The notes below the pieces were generated by a model that was given only the letters and a program-made list of their open reading frames with translations, was not told the DNA's origin and did no database searches. From Candidatus Latescibacterota bacterium (GTDB lineage: Bacteria; Latescibacterota; UBA2968; UBA8231): a DNA stretch of 64,000 nt. Shown one piece after another: positions 8,959 through 18,853 of the stretch (positions within the stretch are counted from its first letter, which is position 1; every line of letters starts with the position of its first letter). The position numbers were made by a program, and so were the translations under genes. The stretch lies in contig OY730476.1 in assembly GCA_963422735.1 (NCBI GenBank), forward strand, positions 2,720,001-2,784,000. The letters run 5' to 3'.

Positions 8959-10014
8959 CTAGGCCGGACCGCCGCTTTCATTGTTGACTGCTTGGACTAG
9001 TGCCCGCATATAGGCGATTGAGTACGCGACGCCGGCGCGGCTGCCCCCGATCATCTCGGGAATGTGGTCGGGGATGATGGCTCCGTCGAACTCGACGGCG
9101 CGCAGAGCCTGCATCACGCGGTGCATGTCCTGATAGCCGTCGTCCATCAAGGTTTCGGTCCACGGGTCGGGCATAGGGTTAGAGACGTTGCGGAAGTGAA
9201 TTTTGAAGAGCTTTTTGCGCGTACCAAAGTAGTGTATCGCCTCTTCGACCGACGCTCCCATGCCCTGCTTGCCCCCCTCCAGCCAGCAGCCGACGCACAG
9301 ACAGACGCCGATATTGGGACTGTCGGCGATGTCCATGGCCCGCTTGTACCCAGCGAAGTTGCCGAATATGCAGCGCGGAATCCCGCCTAGGGCATAGACC
9401 GGCGGGTCGTCGGGATGGATGCCGATATAGACCCCGGCTTCCTCGGCGACCAGAGCCACCTTGCGGATCATGTACTCGTAGTTCTCCCACAGCTCGTCTT
9501 CTGTGTAGGCGCGGCCGTGGGTCAAGTCGCCTGCAAAAATCTCGCGGCCCCAGCGACCTTTGGCGTTTTTGACGTCGAGGGTTCGCGCACTCATGCCGCC
9601 GCGGCGGGTGGTCCGGCCAGTGCTCCAGATGCCGTTACCCATGTGGGCATACGTGTGGTAGCGGATACCAGCGGCACCGAGGTCGTGGATGAACTGGATT
9701 AGCTCTGCGACTTTCTCGTCACGGCCGGGCAGGTTGAGCGTAATCTCCGGGACGTTGTGGACCGCGTGATTGGCGATGCGGTAGATCTGCAGGCCGTATT
9801 GGGCAAAGTGCGCCGCGAACTGCTTGTAGTATTCGACGCTGTGCAATACCGGGTCATCAATCCCGAGCATGACCCACTCGACGCCGAGTTGTTGGAAGAA
9901 TTGCAGGTCCTCGTCGCTGGCCTTGTGCGAGGTCTGGACGGCGAGTTGGATCCCCGGCTCGCTGGCGTACAAGCCGGGAACAGCGTGCAGCGCGTAGGGT
10001 CTGTTGGCGGTCAT
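8959..10014 (-). CDS. uxuA: Mannonate dehydratase family protein
   Basis: ELWENY.Y, IHPDDPP, LCVG, IHFRN, PDHIP motifs. Confidence 0.85.
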   Translation of the reverse strand: MTANRPYALHAVPGLYASEPGIQLAVQTSHKASDEDLQFFQQLGVEWVMLGIDDPVLHSVEYYKQFAAHFAQYGLQIYRIANHAVHNVPEITLNLPGRDEKVAELIQFIHDLGAAGIRYHTYAHMGNGIWSTGRTTRRGGMSARTLDVKNAKGRWGREIFAGDLTHGRAYTEDELWENYEYMIRKVALVAEEAGVYIGIHPDDPPVYALGGIPRCIFGNFAGYKRAMDIADSPNIGVCLCVGCWLEGGKQGMGASVEEAIHYFGTRKKLFKIHFRNVSNPMPDPWTETLMDDGYQDMHRVMQALRAVEFDGAIIPDHIPEMIGGSRAGVAYSIAYMRALVQAVNNESGGPA

Positions 10015-10796
10015 GGAGTGCCTTCCTTTATAAGTTCTGAGACCGGCCGCGACGTTTCCCAGCGCAGGACAATCTCTTGGTCAACGCCGCAGAGCCAGTT
10101 CCAAGTGCGGATGCGCCGCACCCGGTCGCGGTAGGATTCGACTTCGGTTGCGTAGGGCAGACGCGGGCGATCGCGGTAGGCGGGAATCTCCGTATCACAG
10201 AGCCAGTCCCGCTGTGGTGCGGCCGTGCGGTGGTAGGAGAACTTGATCATGCTGCGGGCGCGGTCGTTGGTCTTAGGGCCGGCCTTGTGCCAGATGCCAT
10301 AGCGGGTCAGCACCACGGTGCCGGCCGGCACTGTCAGCGAGACTTGGCCGCAGATATCGCCGTAGTGGGCGATGGCCTCGCGATCGACGGCGCGGCAATG
10401 CGAGCCGGGTAGAACCATAGTCGGCCCGTCGGCGAGCGCGACGCTGTGGGGATAGTAGTAGCACTGGAGTTCGACGACGTCGTAGCTACTACCCGAAAGC
10501 CCGTCCGAATGCCAAGTCTGGCCGAGGTGCGGCTCCTTGAAAAAGTGGTGGTGGCCGCCTCGGGGCACCAAGAAATCCTCGCCCAAAAGCGAGCGAGCGA
10601 CCCCGGCGACTTGGGGATGCAGGAGCACTTGGTGGGTGAAATCGTCCGCGGCGATGAAGGCGTCGCAGTTGCCGGGGGCAAGGTCGTCGCAGCAGCGATT
10701 GAAGCTCTCGTCAATGACGCTTTCGAGGACGACCAAGCCAGAGGAGACAAAGTCCATGACGCCGTCGTCGTCAAGCGTCGGTCTAATTGGGGACAT
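10011..10796 (-). CDS. Phytanoyl-CoA dioxygenase (PhyH) family Fe(II)/2OG oxygenase
   Basis: QTWHSD (HxD), YYPH..., GPTMVLPGSH, IWH, RSMIKF. Confidence 0.85.
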   Translation of the reverse strand: MSPIRPTLDDDGVMDFVSSGLVVLESVIDESFNRCCDDLAPGNCDAFIAADDFTHQVLLHPQVAGVARSLLGEDFLVPRGGHHHFFKEPHLGQTWHSDGLSGSSYDVVELQCYYYPHSVALADGPTMVLPGSHCRAVDREAIAHYGDICGQVSLTVPAGTVVLTRYGIWHKAGPKTNDRARSMIKFSYHRTAAPQRDWLCDTEIPAYRDRPRLPYATEVESYRDRVRRIRTWNWLCGVDQEIVLRWETSRPVSELIKEGTP

Positions 10797-10804
10797 AGTT
10801 CCTC

Positions 10805-11164
10805 CTAAACGAATTTTTCGAGCACGAACTCATAGCCGAGATAGTCGTTGTCCTGGCCCTCGTATGTGTAGAGCTTGGCGATGGGAAACTGCACCACGCG
10901 CCAGCCATCGGCCACGGCCGCAAGCACCGATTCATAGAGAGGTTCGGCGCTGGGCAGGGCCGGCGCTTGCGGCTGGGTGGCGTCGTACAAGGCCCAGCTA
11001 GCTAGCGGCGAGCGCATATTGGTTGATTTGGCGTAGAGGTAGAGTACCTGCTGGCGAGGCTCGGCGAGCAAGGCACTAAGGCGGTCGAGATCCGCGGCGG
11101 TAATCGCCTCGGTGTGGAGCTTGTCTCGGCACTGTGCCAACCAGTCTTTTACAGCTTCGTGCAT
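10805..11164 (-). CDS. Conserved hypothetical protein directly upstream of PhyH
   Basis: ATG with GGAG RBS; RQQVLYLY...PLYESVLAAVADGWRVVQ...YEFVLEK. Confidence 0.7.
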   Translation of the reverse strand: MHEAVKDWLAQCRDKLHTEAITAADLDRLSALLAEPRQQVLYLYAKSTNMRSPLASWALYDATQPQAPALPSAEPLYESVLAAVADGWRVVQFPIAKLYTYEGQDNDYLGYEFVLEKFV

Positions 11165-11235
11165 ATAGGCTCCCGATGGCGTCGGCAAGATAAGGAAGCG
11201 CTCTCATTCAGCGCGGTCAACAAGCGGCGGCGCGT

Positions 11236-12258
11236 CTAGTAGTCAACGACTACTTTGACGGTTTGGGGCTGGAGTGCTGCGTCAAAACCGGCGACCAAGT
11301 CGGGAAAGGCGACGCACTGCGAGACGAGGGGGACCACGTCTAGCTGCTGCCTCGCCAACAGATCGAGAGCTTGGGAAAATACGTGGGCAAAGCGGAAGGA
11401 ACCGCGGACGGTCAATTCCTTTTGCATGACCAAGTTGACCGGCAGTTCAATCGGGCCGCCCTGGACGCCTAACTGCACGATGGTACCACCGGCCTTGCAG
11501 TGCGCGTACGCGGCTTGCAGGGCAGCCGGGGCACCGGAGGCTTCCACGACCACATCGAAGCCTGCCCCCGCTACCCGCGCTATGACCGCTGGGTCGTCGG
11601 CGCACACGGGCTGATCGGCCCACATCAAAGCCGCCAAATCGAGCGCACTTTGGCGAATATCGCTGACGGCGAGATGGGCCGCTCCGTAGCACCGGGCGAC
11701 CAAGCCGACGAGCTGGCCGATGGGACCAGCACCCGTCACCAGTACGCGCCTGCCAGCGATGCCCCCCGCTTGGCCGACGCCGTGGACGGCGATGGATAGC
11801 GGCTCGAGTAGGGCCGCTTGGCGATAGTCCATCGCAGCGGGAAGCGGATGGCAGTTGTGAGCATGGACTTGCACGTATTCGCGAAACGAGCCGTCTTGGG
11901 GCGGGCTACAGGCAGCGGAACCAAAGTAGCGCATCTGCGGGCAGAGGTTGTAGCGGCCTTGGCGGCAGTGGGTGCAAGTGCGGCAGGGGTGGGAAGGGTC
12001 AATGGCCACTCGGCTACCCGCTGGCAGCACATCTGCGAACGCGCCCGCATCGACGACTTCCCCGGCCGATTCGTGCCCGAGAACGAAAGGGCACTCCGGG
12101 ACGAAGTCGCCGTTTCTGCCGTGTACGTAGTAATGGAGGTCCGAACCGCAGATGCCAGTGGCGCGGATTTGCACCAAGACCTCGTCCGAGGCGATCTGCG
12201 GTCGGTCAATTTCCGCGGCTCGCAGATCGCGAGCGCCGTGTAGGTAGAAGGCTCGCAT
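11236..12258 (-). CDS. Zn-dependent polyol dehydrogenase (L-idonate 5-/sorbitol dehydrogenase family)
   Basis: GICGSDLHYY, LGHE, CxxCxxCx7C, GAGPIG, GSFRF; true start MRAFYLHG (the longer ORF overlaps tRNA-Leu). Confidence 0.9.
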   Translation of the reverse strand: MRAFYLHGARDLRAAEIDRPQIASDEVLVQIRATGICGSDLHYYVHGRNGDFVPECPFVLGHESAGEVVDAGAFADVLPAGSRVAIDPSHPCRTCTHCRQGRYNLCPQMRYFGSAACSPPQDGSFREYVQVHAHNCHPLPAAMDYRQAALLEPLSIAVHGVGQAGGIAGRRVLVTGAGPIGQLVGLVARCYGAAHLAVSDIRQSALDLAALMWADQPVCADDPAVIARVAGAGFDVVVEASGAPAALQAAYAHCKAGGTIVQLGVQGGPIELPVNLVMQKELTVRGSFRFAHVFSQALDLLARQQLDVVPLVSQCVAFPDLVAGFDAALQPQTVKVVVDY

Positions 12259-12292
12259 GAAGCGGATAGTAGCGGCCAAGGTGAGGGAGCCA

Positions 12293-12380
12293 TGGTGCCG
12301 AGGGCCGGACTCGAACCGGCACGTCCTAAGCGGACAGTGGATTTTAAGTCCACCGCGTCTACCAATTCCGCCACCCCGGC
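12293..12380 (-). tRNA. tRNA-Leu(TAA)
   Basis: Reverse complement GCCGGGGTGGCGGAATTGGTAGACGCGGTGGACT-TAA-AATCCAC, long variable arm, GGTTCGAGTCC, CCA. Confidence 0.97.
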
Positions 12381-12395
12381 GCACAGACAAAAAAA

Positions 12396-12469
12396 TGGAG
12401 GCGACGCCCGGACTCGAACCGGGGATAAGGGCTTTGCAGGCCCCTGCCTTACCACTTGGCCACGTCGCC
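12396..12469 (-). tRNA. tRNA-Cys(GCA)
   Basis: Reverse complement GGCGACGTGGCCAAGTGGTAAGGCAGGGGCCT-GCA-AAGCCC...GGTTCGAGTCC...GCCTCCA. Confidence 0.97.
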
Positions 12470-12652
12470 TCAAAACAGGGGTTTGAAAGTACGGGGCGGG
12501 CAGGCTCCTGTCAACCTGCCTGCCGCTCGCTTGCGCTATGTGTTCCCGAGCCAAAAATAGGTTACACCTCGTCCACGGCACGGTCAAAACCGACCGCACA
12601 AACGCCTTTGACATGATGCACAAAGCCTATAAACTAAAAGAGAGCTTTCACA

Positions 12653-13444
12653 ATGCGACAATACCTCGACCTAGTAAGCCATTGCCTCAACCACGGCGCG
12701 GCCAAAGCCGATCGCACGGGCGTTGGCACCCTCGCCATCTTCGGCTATCAGATGCGCTTTGATCTCGCGGCCGGGTTCCCCTGCCTGACCACCAAGAAGC
12801 TGCATCTGCGCTCCATCATCCACGAACTCTTGTGGTTCCTCAAAGGCGACACCAACACCGCCTATTTGGAAAAAGAAAACGTCAGTATCTGGGACGAATG
12901 GGCCGACGAAAACGGTGACCTCGGCCCCATCTACGGCAAGCAGTGGCGCAACTGGAAAACTCCGGACGGCCCCATCGACCAAGTTCAACGCGCCATTGAT
13001 CTCATTAAGACCGACTCCGATTCGCGCCGCATCCTCGTTAGCGCGTGGAACGTCAGCGAGTTGGAGCAAATGGCCCTCATGCCCTGTCACTGCCTGTTCC
13101 AGTTTTTCGTCGCTCGCGGTCGGCTTTCCTGCCAGCTCTATCAACGCTCTTGCGACGTGGGGCTTGGCGTGCCATTCAATATCGCCAGTTATAGCTTGCT
13201 GACCATGATGATGGCCCAAGTATGCGGCTTGCAGCCCGGGGAATTCGTCTGGACCGGCGGCGATGTCCACATCTATCAGAACCATGTCGCCGCGCTGCGA
13301 CAACAACTCACCCGCACCCCCCGGTCACAGCCGGTGATGACCATTAAAAATCGCGGCCAGTCGATTTCCGACTTCTGCTACGACGACTTCAAACTGCTCA
13401 ACTACCATCCCCATCCCTCTATCTCTATGGAAATCGCCGTCTGA
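12653..13444 (+). CDS. thyA: Thymidylate synthase
   Basis: [45 protein letters not shown]. Confidence 0.98.
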   Translation: MRQYLDLVSHCLNHGAAKADRTGVGTLAIFGYQMRFDLAAGFPCLTTKKLHLRSIIHELLWFLKGDTNTAYLEKENVSIWDEWADENGDLGPIYGKQWRNWKTPDGPIDQVQRAIDLIKTDSDSRRILVSAWNVSELEQMALMPCHCLFQFFVARGRLSCQLYQRSCDVGLGVPFNIASYSLLTMMMAQVCGLQPGEFVWTGGDVHIYQNHVAALRQQLTRTPRSQPVMTIKNRGQSISDFCYDDFKLLNYHPHPSISMEIAV

Positions 13445-13512
13445 CGGGCCTATTGCACCGACCGTGTCGTGCCTGTTGGGCACGGTGAAGCGGTCGATGG
13501 ATACTACTGTTC

Positions 13513-13869
13513 TCAGTCTTGGTTCAAGATCTCCACTTGCGAATGGGCAGCATCTATGGTCCAAGCCCCAATCTGTCCGTCTCCATCCAAGTCGGCCCGC
13601 ACCACTAACCAGAATCCCTCGGTGACGGGCCAGAACTCCCAAGCGTAGCCCTCTACTCGCCACCAAGCGCGCCGCACCTTCTCGTCATTCGGATCAAAGT
13701 AGCGACCGTGCTTGGCAAAATAGGCCTTTTCGACCAAGTAGAGTTGCTCTAACCGAGCCTCCACTTGGATCAAGCGCAGCTCATCAGGGGTCAAGTGAGA
13801 AAAATGCACAACCCCTAGCCCTATGAGCACCAAGACCAAAAGCGCCGACTCGATTAGTCTCAGCGACAT
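13513..13869 (-). CDS. Small membrane-anchored hypothetical protein resembling a pilin/pseudopilin C-terminal region
   Basis: N-terminal TM; EKAYFAKHGRY; ADLDGDG..GAWTID. Confidence 0.55.
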   Translation of the reverse strand: MSLRLIESALLVLVLIGLGVVHFSHLTPDELRLIQVEARLEQLYLVEKAYFAKHGRYFDPNDEKVRRAWWRVEGYAWEFWPVTEGFWLVVRADLDGDGQIGAWTIDAAHSQVEILNQD

Positions 13870-15422
13870 GGGATAACTACCTCCTCGACGATCTGGCCCG
13901 CGTCTAAGTCAATCGGCTCGCTATAGCGTCCATAAGGTTCAGAATAGCGAAAGGGGTTGAGCGAGCCGCTGCCGTACTCTCCGTCGCCGTCGCGATCTAC
14001 AAACGCCCACAGCGAATAGGTGCCGGCCAGCAGGCCGGCCAGTGCAAACTGCCCCTCTTCGTCGGCCCACTCGGTGTACGTCCGCCCATCCTCGTTGATG
14101 GCCGCGACTCGGACGCGACCCATTTCCCCGGCCTGCACCTGCCCCCGAATTGCCGCGGTCTCCGCGCCGACTGTAAACGAGAGCGCGAGCAAGCTGTCGG
14201 CGAGACCATTGCCGGCCCGGTCCGCGAGCCGAGCGGCTGGCCCCTCGAGCCGATACGCACCTGGTACCAGTGGTTCGGCGGGCGCAAAGCGGGCGCAGTT
14301 GGGCGCTGGCCACAGCCAATCCCCGGCTAATGATTGCGTCGAATCGCTCTCCATCCAAAACCCTTCCAACGCGGCCGGCTCTATAGCTTCAGAAAAAAGC
14401 AAGTCCAGAGCGTCGCTCGGGGCCAGTCGATTCCTAGCCAGCGCGACGAAAGAGGGCGGCTTGCGGTCGAGTCGCGTACTACCGCGAACGGGCGCGTCCC
14501 ACTGCACGGGCGTTCCGGAGATCGCAAGCTGTACGGTATAGCCTCGACCCGGCTCTTGTGCTGCCGTTTCGACGTAAATTTTCTCCTTCGCATCAGGAGC
14601 CGCGTACAGCAACTCCACCGCCAGCCCGGGGACTTCCAGATCTAAATTTTGTGGATCCACGGGCGCGGCAAACAGCAACATCAGCCGCTCGGAGTGTATG
14701 GCTTGGACCCGCTTGAGCACGGGCGCGGGCATCTGCCGACGCACGAGAGCCAAATTGCCAGCCAGCACCTCTTCCTCCCCCACTTCCACAGGAGACGCCG
14801 GCAGGGCCAGCCACTCGTCGGCATCTGGCAGGGCGTTGCGGTTTTTGTCCCTAAAGGCCAACACCCGATAGTGGCTTGGAGCGAGGCGGGCAAACTCGTA
14901 GCCTCCGTCGGCACCGCTCTGAGTTTGATAGGACGGTTCGTCGAATCCTACCTCCCCGCTAAAGGTTCCTAAGTCATAAGCCCAAACATGGGCACCGGCT
15001 ACGGGTTGATGTTCTTGGTACACTCGGCCCCGCACCAAACCCTGGTCGATCTGCGAGCCGGTGGCAAAAGCCAAAGTAAAAGAATTCGCCAAGACATTGC
15101 CCCGCAAATCCCGCGCCCCGGTCCCCACCGTCAGCACATAGGTCCGCTCTTCGGCCAAGGGCATGGTAATGCGCAGCCGCGGGCCGCGCCACGAAAGTTG
15201 CAGCGGCCCGGTCGGCGACGTGAAAATAGCGGCTTCGGTCTGCTCGCGGCTCATGGGTTCGCTGAAGACGATCTCCACTTCGGTATCCCGCGCCACTTCC
15301 AAGGCGTCGCTCTCCGGGTAGTGAGACAGAATACGGGGAGGCTCCTTGTCCACCGGCCCTCCGGTGGGCGGCCCGACTTGGGCGCAGCCCAGCAACAGCG
15401 AAACCAAGACGCTAATCCGCAC
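13860..15422 (-). CDS. Ig-like (Big_5) domain lipoprotein
   Basis: Lipobox LLGC followed by AQVGPPTGGPVDKEPP; FSEPM; DLRGN; AFRDKNRN. Confidence 0.8.
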   Translation of the reverse strand: MRISVLVSLLLGCAQVGPPTGGPVDKEPPRILSHYPESDALEVARDTEVEIVFSEPMSREQTEAAIFTSPTGPLQLSWRGPRLRITMPLAEERTYVLTVGTGARDLRGNVLANSFTLAFATGSQIDQGLVRGRVYQEHQPVAGAHVWAYDLGTFSGEVGFDEPSYQTQSGADGGYEFARLAPSHYRVLAFRDKNRNALPDADEWLALPASPVEVGEEEVLAGNLALVRRQMPAPVLKRVQAIHSERLMLLFAAPVDPQNLDLEVPGLAVELLYAAPDAKEKIYVETAAQEPGRGYTVQLAISGTPVQWDAPVRGSTRLDRKPPSFVALARNRLAPSDALDLLFSEAIEPAALEGFWMESDSTQSLAGDWLWPAPNCARFAPAEPLVPGAYRLEGPAARLADRAGNGLADSLLALSFTVGAETAAIRGQVQAGEMGRVRVAAINEDGRTYTEWADEEGQFALAGLLAGTYSLWAFVDRDGDGEYGSGSLNPFRYSEPYGRYSEPIDLDAGQIVEEVVIPCR

Positions 15423-16368
15423 CGTGCGGATGGGCCTCGGCGTAGATGGCTTGCAGGTGCTCTAAGCTCACTTCGGTATAGGTCTGAGTCGCGGCCAAAG
15501 TCGCGTGCCCGAGGAGTTCCTTGACGGCCCCTAGGTCGGCACCAGCGTCGAGGAGGTGGGCGGCAAAGGAATGGCGCAGGCGATGCGGGCTGAGCGAATC
15601 GTCTTCTGAGACTGTGCGCAGATGGCGCTCGACAATGCGCTGCACGGTGCGGCGGCTCAAGCGCTTACCACGCCCATTGAGAAAGATGGCACCGGCTTCT
15701 ACTTGGGACATATCAAATTCGAGCAGGACCTCGGCGCGGCGTTGCAGGTACGCTTTGAGTGCCTCTTGCGCCTTTGCACCAATGGGGGCGATGCGCTCCT
15801 TGCGGCCCTTGCCCATCACCTTGAGGGTGCCTTCGGCCAGATCCAGCGACGAGAGGTTGAGCCCCACCAGCTCGCCGAGGCGAATGCCCCCTCCGTAGAA
15901 CACCTCTAGAATGGCCCGGTCCCGCACACCACTGAACCACTCGGTCGAAGGGACTTCCATGGCCTCGGCGACCTGCTCTACGGGCAAATGCCGCGGCAAT
16001 GCACGCTCGACCAAGGGCGATGCCACCGCACCAGCCGGGTTGGCGACGAGCGCACCCTCGCGACAGAGATAGCGGAAGAGAGAGCGCAGGGCCGCCAACT
16101 TGCGGGCGACGGTACTGGCCTTGAGGCCCTTTTCCTCCAGATCGACAACAAAGGACTGCACCTGCTCGCGCTGCACCACCCGCAGCGGCAGTTGCAAATT
16201 ATCGACTCTCGGATAGAGAAAGCGGGCGAATTGCTGCAAGTCGCAGCGATATGAACTGAGGGTGTACTCGGAGCAGTTGCGCTCTTTGTGCAGGTATTCC
16301 AAGAAGCGGGCAATGCCCTCTTCGAGGCTAGATCCGGCGTGCAGAGCACTCTGCGGTGCATCGGCCAT
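15412..16368 (-). CDS. xerC: Tyrosine recombinase XerC
   Basis: RDRAILE, GKGRKER, PHRLRHSFA.HLL, LLGH...TQTY; located downstream of topA. Confidence 0.9.
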   Translation of the reverse strand: MADAPQSALHAGSSLEEGIARFLEYLHKERNCSEYTLSSYRCDLQQFARFLYPRVDNLQLPLRVVQREQVQSFVVDLEEKGLKASTVARKLAALRSLFRYLCREGALVANPAGAVASPLVERALPRHLPVEQVAEAMEVPSTEWFSGVRDRAILEVFYGGGIRLGELVGLNLSSLDLAEGTLKVMGKGRKERIAPIGAKAQEALKAYLQRRAEVLLEFDMSQVEAGAIFLNGRGKRLSRRTVQRIVERHLRTVSEDDSLSPHRLRHSFAAHLLDAGADLGAVKELLGHATLAATQTYTEVSLEHLQAIYAEAHPHGAD

Positions 16369-16401
16369 GGCGTAGCGAGCCAAGGAGGAAAGAAGGAATA
16401 C

Positions 16402-18693
16402 TCAGGCAGCTTGGGCGCTTTTGTCTTTTTCGCCCTCTTCACTTTCGTACTCGGTGCCGCAGACCCGACAGTACATGACAGGGGGCCCCGAGCGGCTACC
16501 CTTTTCGTAGAGCAAGGCTGCGTCGCAATGCATGCACTTGCGGTCTATGGGGCGGTCCCAGCTAGCGAACTTGCACTGGGGATAAGTGCTGCAACCAAAG
16601 AAGACCTTGCCCTTGCGCGACCGCTTCTCCACGATCTGACCCTCGCAGCCTTCCTCTGGGCACTGGATCCCAAGGACATAAGGCTTGACGTTTTTACAAG
16701 TTGGATAGCTGCTACAAGCCAAAAAGCGGCCATAGCGGCCCGTCTTGACGATCATGGGCGCACTGCACTGATCGCAGACCTCGTCGGTCTCCACCTCGCT
16801 TTGCTCTTCGAGGGGCTTGGTGTTTTTGCACTTGGGATAACCGGAGCAAGCGAGGAAGCGGCCGTTGCGGCCCCACTTGACGACCATGTCGGCCCCGCAG
16901 TCCTCGCAGTCCTCGTCCGACGCCTCTTGCAGCGCGAGCTTTAGCTCTTTGCGGCGGTTGTTGGCCGCGTCTAAGTCACCCTTCCACGAGTCGTAGAACT
17001 GCTGCACGATCGCCACCCAGTTGGTACCCCCGTCTTCGACCTGATCGAGCTTGTCCTCCATCTGGGCTGTGAAAGCCACGTTGAAAAGATGGGGAAAGGT
17101 ATCGACGAGTAGTTTGTTGACGGTCTGGCCGCGATCGGTGGCCACGAAGTAGCGGTTGTCGACCTTTTCGACGTACTTGCGGTCGAGGATGGTAGTGATG
17201 ATTTGCGCGTAGGTCGAAGGACGGCCAATGCCCTCGGACTCTAGTTGCTTGACGAGAGATGCCTCGGTAAAGCGCGGCGGCGGCTTAGTAAAGTGCTGCT
17301 CAGGGGCGATCTGCTCTAACTTCAGCACCTCGCCCTCGGCAATGCCGGCGGGCATGGCCCGTGCCTCGTCCTCTTTTTTCCCCTGGGCGGTCCCATCAGA
17401 CATGGCCTCCGCCTTGTCCTCTTCTTCCTTGCTCTCGCTGTAGAGCAGAGTAAAGCCCGGAAACTTGACGACGCTACCTGTGGCTCGGATCAAATAGGGG
17501 CCGGCCTCGACATTGGCCGTCGTGATGCTGAGCACCTGCGGCTTCATCTGCGAGGCCACGAATCGCTTCCAGATCAGGGAGTACACCCGCGCCTGAGCCG
17601 GCGTGAGCAAGTGCTCGATCTCGTCTGGATGCAGGGCTACAGAGGTGGGGCGTATAGCCTCGTGGGCGTCTTGGGAGCTGTTCCTAGTCCGGTAGTGATT
17701 GGGTGCCTCGGGCACGTACTCGCGGCCATAGAGGGCGTCGATCTGCTCGCGCACCTCGGCGATGGCGTCGGCTGCAACGCGCACCGAATCCGTGCGCATA
17801 TAAGTAATTAGACCACGGGTTTCGCCCTGGACCTCGATTCCTTCGTATAGCTGCTGAGCTACAGCCATGGTGCGCTTGACCGAAAAGCGCATCCGCCGAG
17901 CGCATTCTTGCTGCAAGGTGCTGGTCGTGAAGGGCGGGGCCGGGCGGCGCACTTGGTCGCGCTGCTTGACCTCTTTGACCGCTATATCATGTGTGGCCAG
18001 CTCGGCGGCGATGCGATCGGCCTGCTCCTGATTGACGATATCGAGCTTCTCGCTGTCTTTGGTCAAAAGGCGCGCCCAGAACGAACCTCGGCTTTCGCGG
18101 CCCAAAAGGGCTTCAATTGACCAGTACTCCTGAGAATCAAACGCCTTGATCTCGCGGTCGCGCTCGCAGATTAACCGCACGGCTACGGATTGCACTCGAC
18201 CGGCTGAGAGCCCAGAATGTATGACCTTCCACAAAAGCGGGCTGATCTCGTAGCCGACTAAGCGGTCGAGTACGCGCCGCGCCTGCTGGGCATCGATCTT
18301 GTGAAGGTCCAGCACGCCCGAGTGCTCTAGCGACTCGCGCACCGCCTTGGGCGTGATCTCGTTGAAGAGAATTCGCTTGACGTTGTCGTCCTTGCGGGAG
18401 ATGGCTTGGGCTACGTGCCAAGCAATGGCCTCTCCCTCGCGATCGGGGTCGGTGGCCAAGTAGGTGGTATCGGCGGCTTGGGCTGCTTTGCGGAGGCCGC
18501 TGAGGATCTTGCCCTTGCCCCGAATCGTTACGTAGCGCGGCTTGAAGCCGTCTTCAATGTCGATGCCCAACTCTTTCGGCGGCAGGTCCCGCACATGCCC
18601 CATACAGGGTTTGACAACAAAATTTTTGCCCAAAATTTTGTTGATTGTCTTGGCCTTAGCTGGCGACTCGACAACCACCAATGACTTGCCCAT
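16402..18693 (-). CDS. topA: DNA topoisomerase I with C-terminal Zn ribbons
   Basis: VVESPAKAKTI, ATDPDREGEAI, SAGRVQS, ITYMRTDS, GIGRPSTYA. Confidence 0.98.
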   Translation of the reverse strand: MGKSLVVVESPAKAKTINKILGKNFVVKPCMGHVRDLPPKELGIDIEDGFKPRYVTIRGKGKILSGLRKAAQAADTTYLATDPDREGEAIAWHVAQAISRKDDNVKRILFNEITPKAVRESLEHSGVLDLHKIDAQQARRVLDRLVGYEISPLLWKVIHSGLSAGRVQSVAVRLICERDREIKAFDSQEYWSIEALLGRESRGSFWARLLTKDSEKLDIVNQEQADRIAAELATHDIAVKEVKQRDQVRRPAPPFTTSTLQQECARRMRFSVKRTMAVAQQLYEGIEVQGETRGLITYMRTDSVRVAADAIAEVREQIDALYGREYVPEAPNHYRTRNSSQDAHEAIRPTSVALHPDEIEHLLTPAQARVYSLIWKRFVASQMKPQVLSITTANVEAGPYLIRATGSVVKFPGFTLLYSESKEEEDKAEAMSDGTAQGKKEDEARAMPAGIAEGEVLKLEQIAPEQHFTKPPPRFTEASLVKQLESEGIGRPSTYAQIITTILDRKYVEKVDNRYFVATDRGQTVNKLLVDTFPHLFNVAFTAQMEDKLDQVEDGGTNWVAIVQQFYDSWKGDLDAANNRRKELKLALQEASDEDCEDCGADMVVKWGRNGRFLACSGYPKCKNTKPLEEQSEVETDEVCDQCSAPMIVKTGRYGRFLACSSYPTCKNVKPYVLGIQCPEEGCEGQIVEKRSRKGKVFFGCSTYPQCKFASWDRPIDRKCMHCDAALLYEKGSRSGPPVMYCRVCGTEYESEEGEKDKSAQAA

Positions 18694-18853
18694 CTGCTCC
18701 CTCGGTTGATAGCACTTAAGCCGTAAGTTACACAATTTTCTGAATATATAGACGCCCTAAGACAATCGCAAGACGCACTCTTGACAAACCAAAGCTGCCG
18801 CCTTTTTGTAACGCATCCGGTATTACGCGCTACATTCTCTGGGGTTTGCTACC

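Noticed and set aside
11736-12623. 295-aa ORF and the N-terminal extension of the 11236-12390 ORF
   Set aside because: They run through tRNA-Leu (and tRNA-Cys for the longer one) and are spurious.
15412-16368. Tyrosine recombinase as the prophage integrase
   Set aside because: XerC-type size and motifs, in the housekeeping topA-xerC context more than 30 kb from the phage genes.
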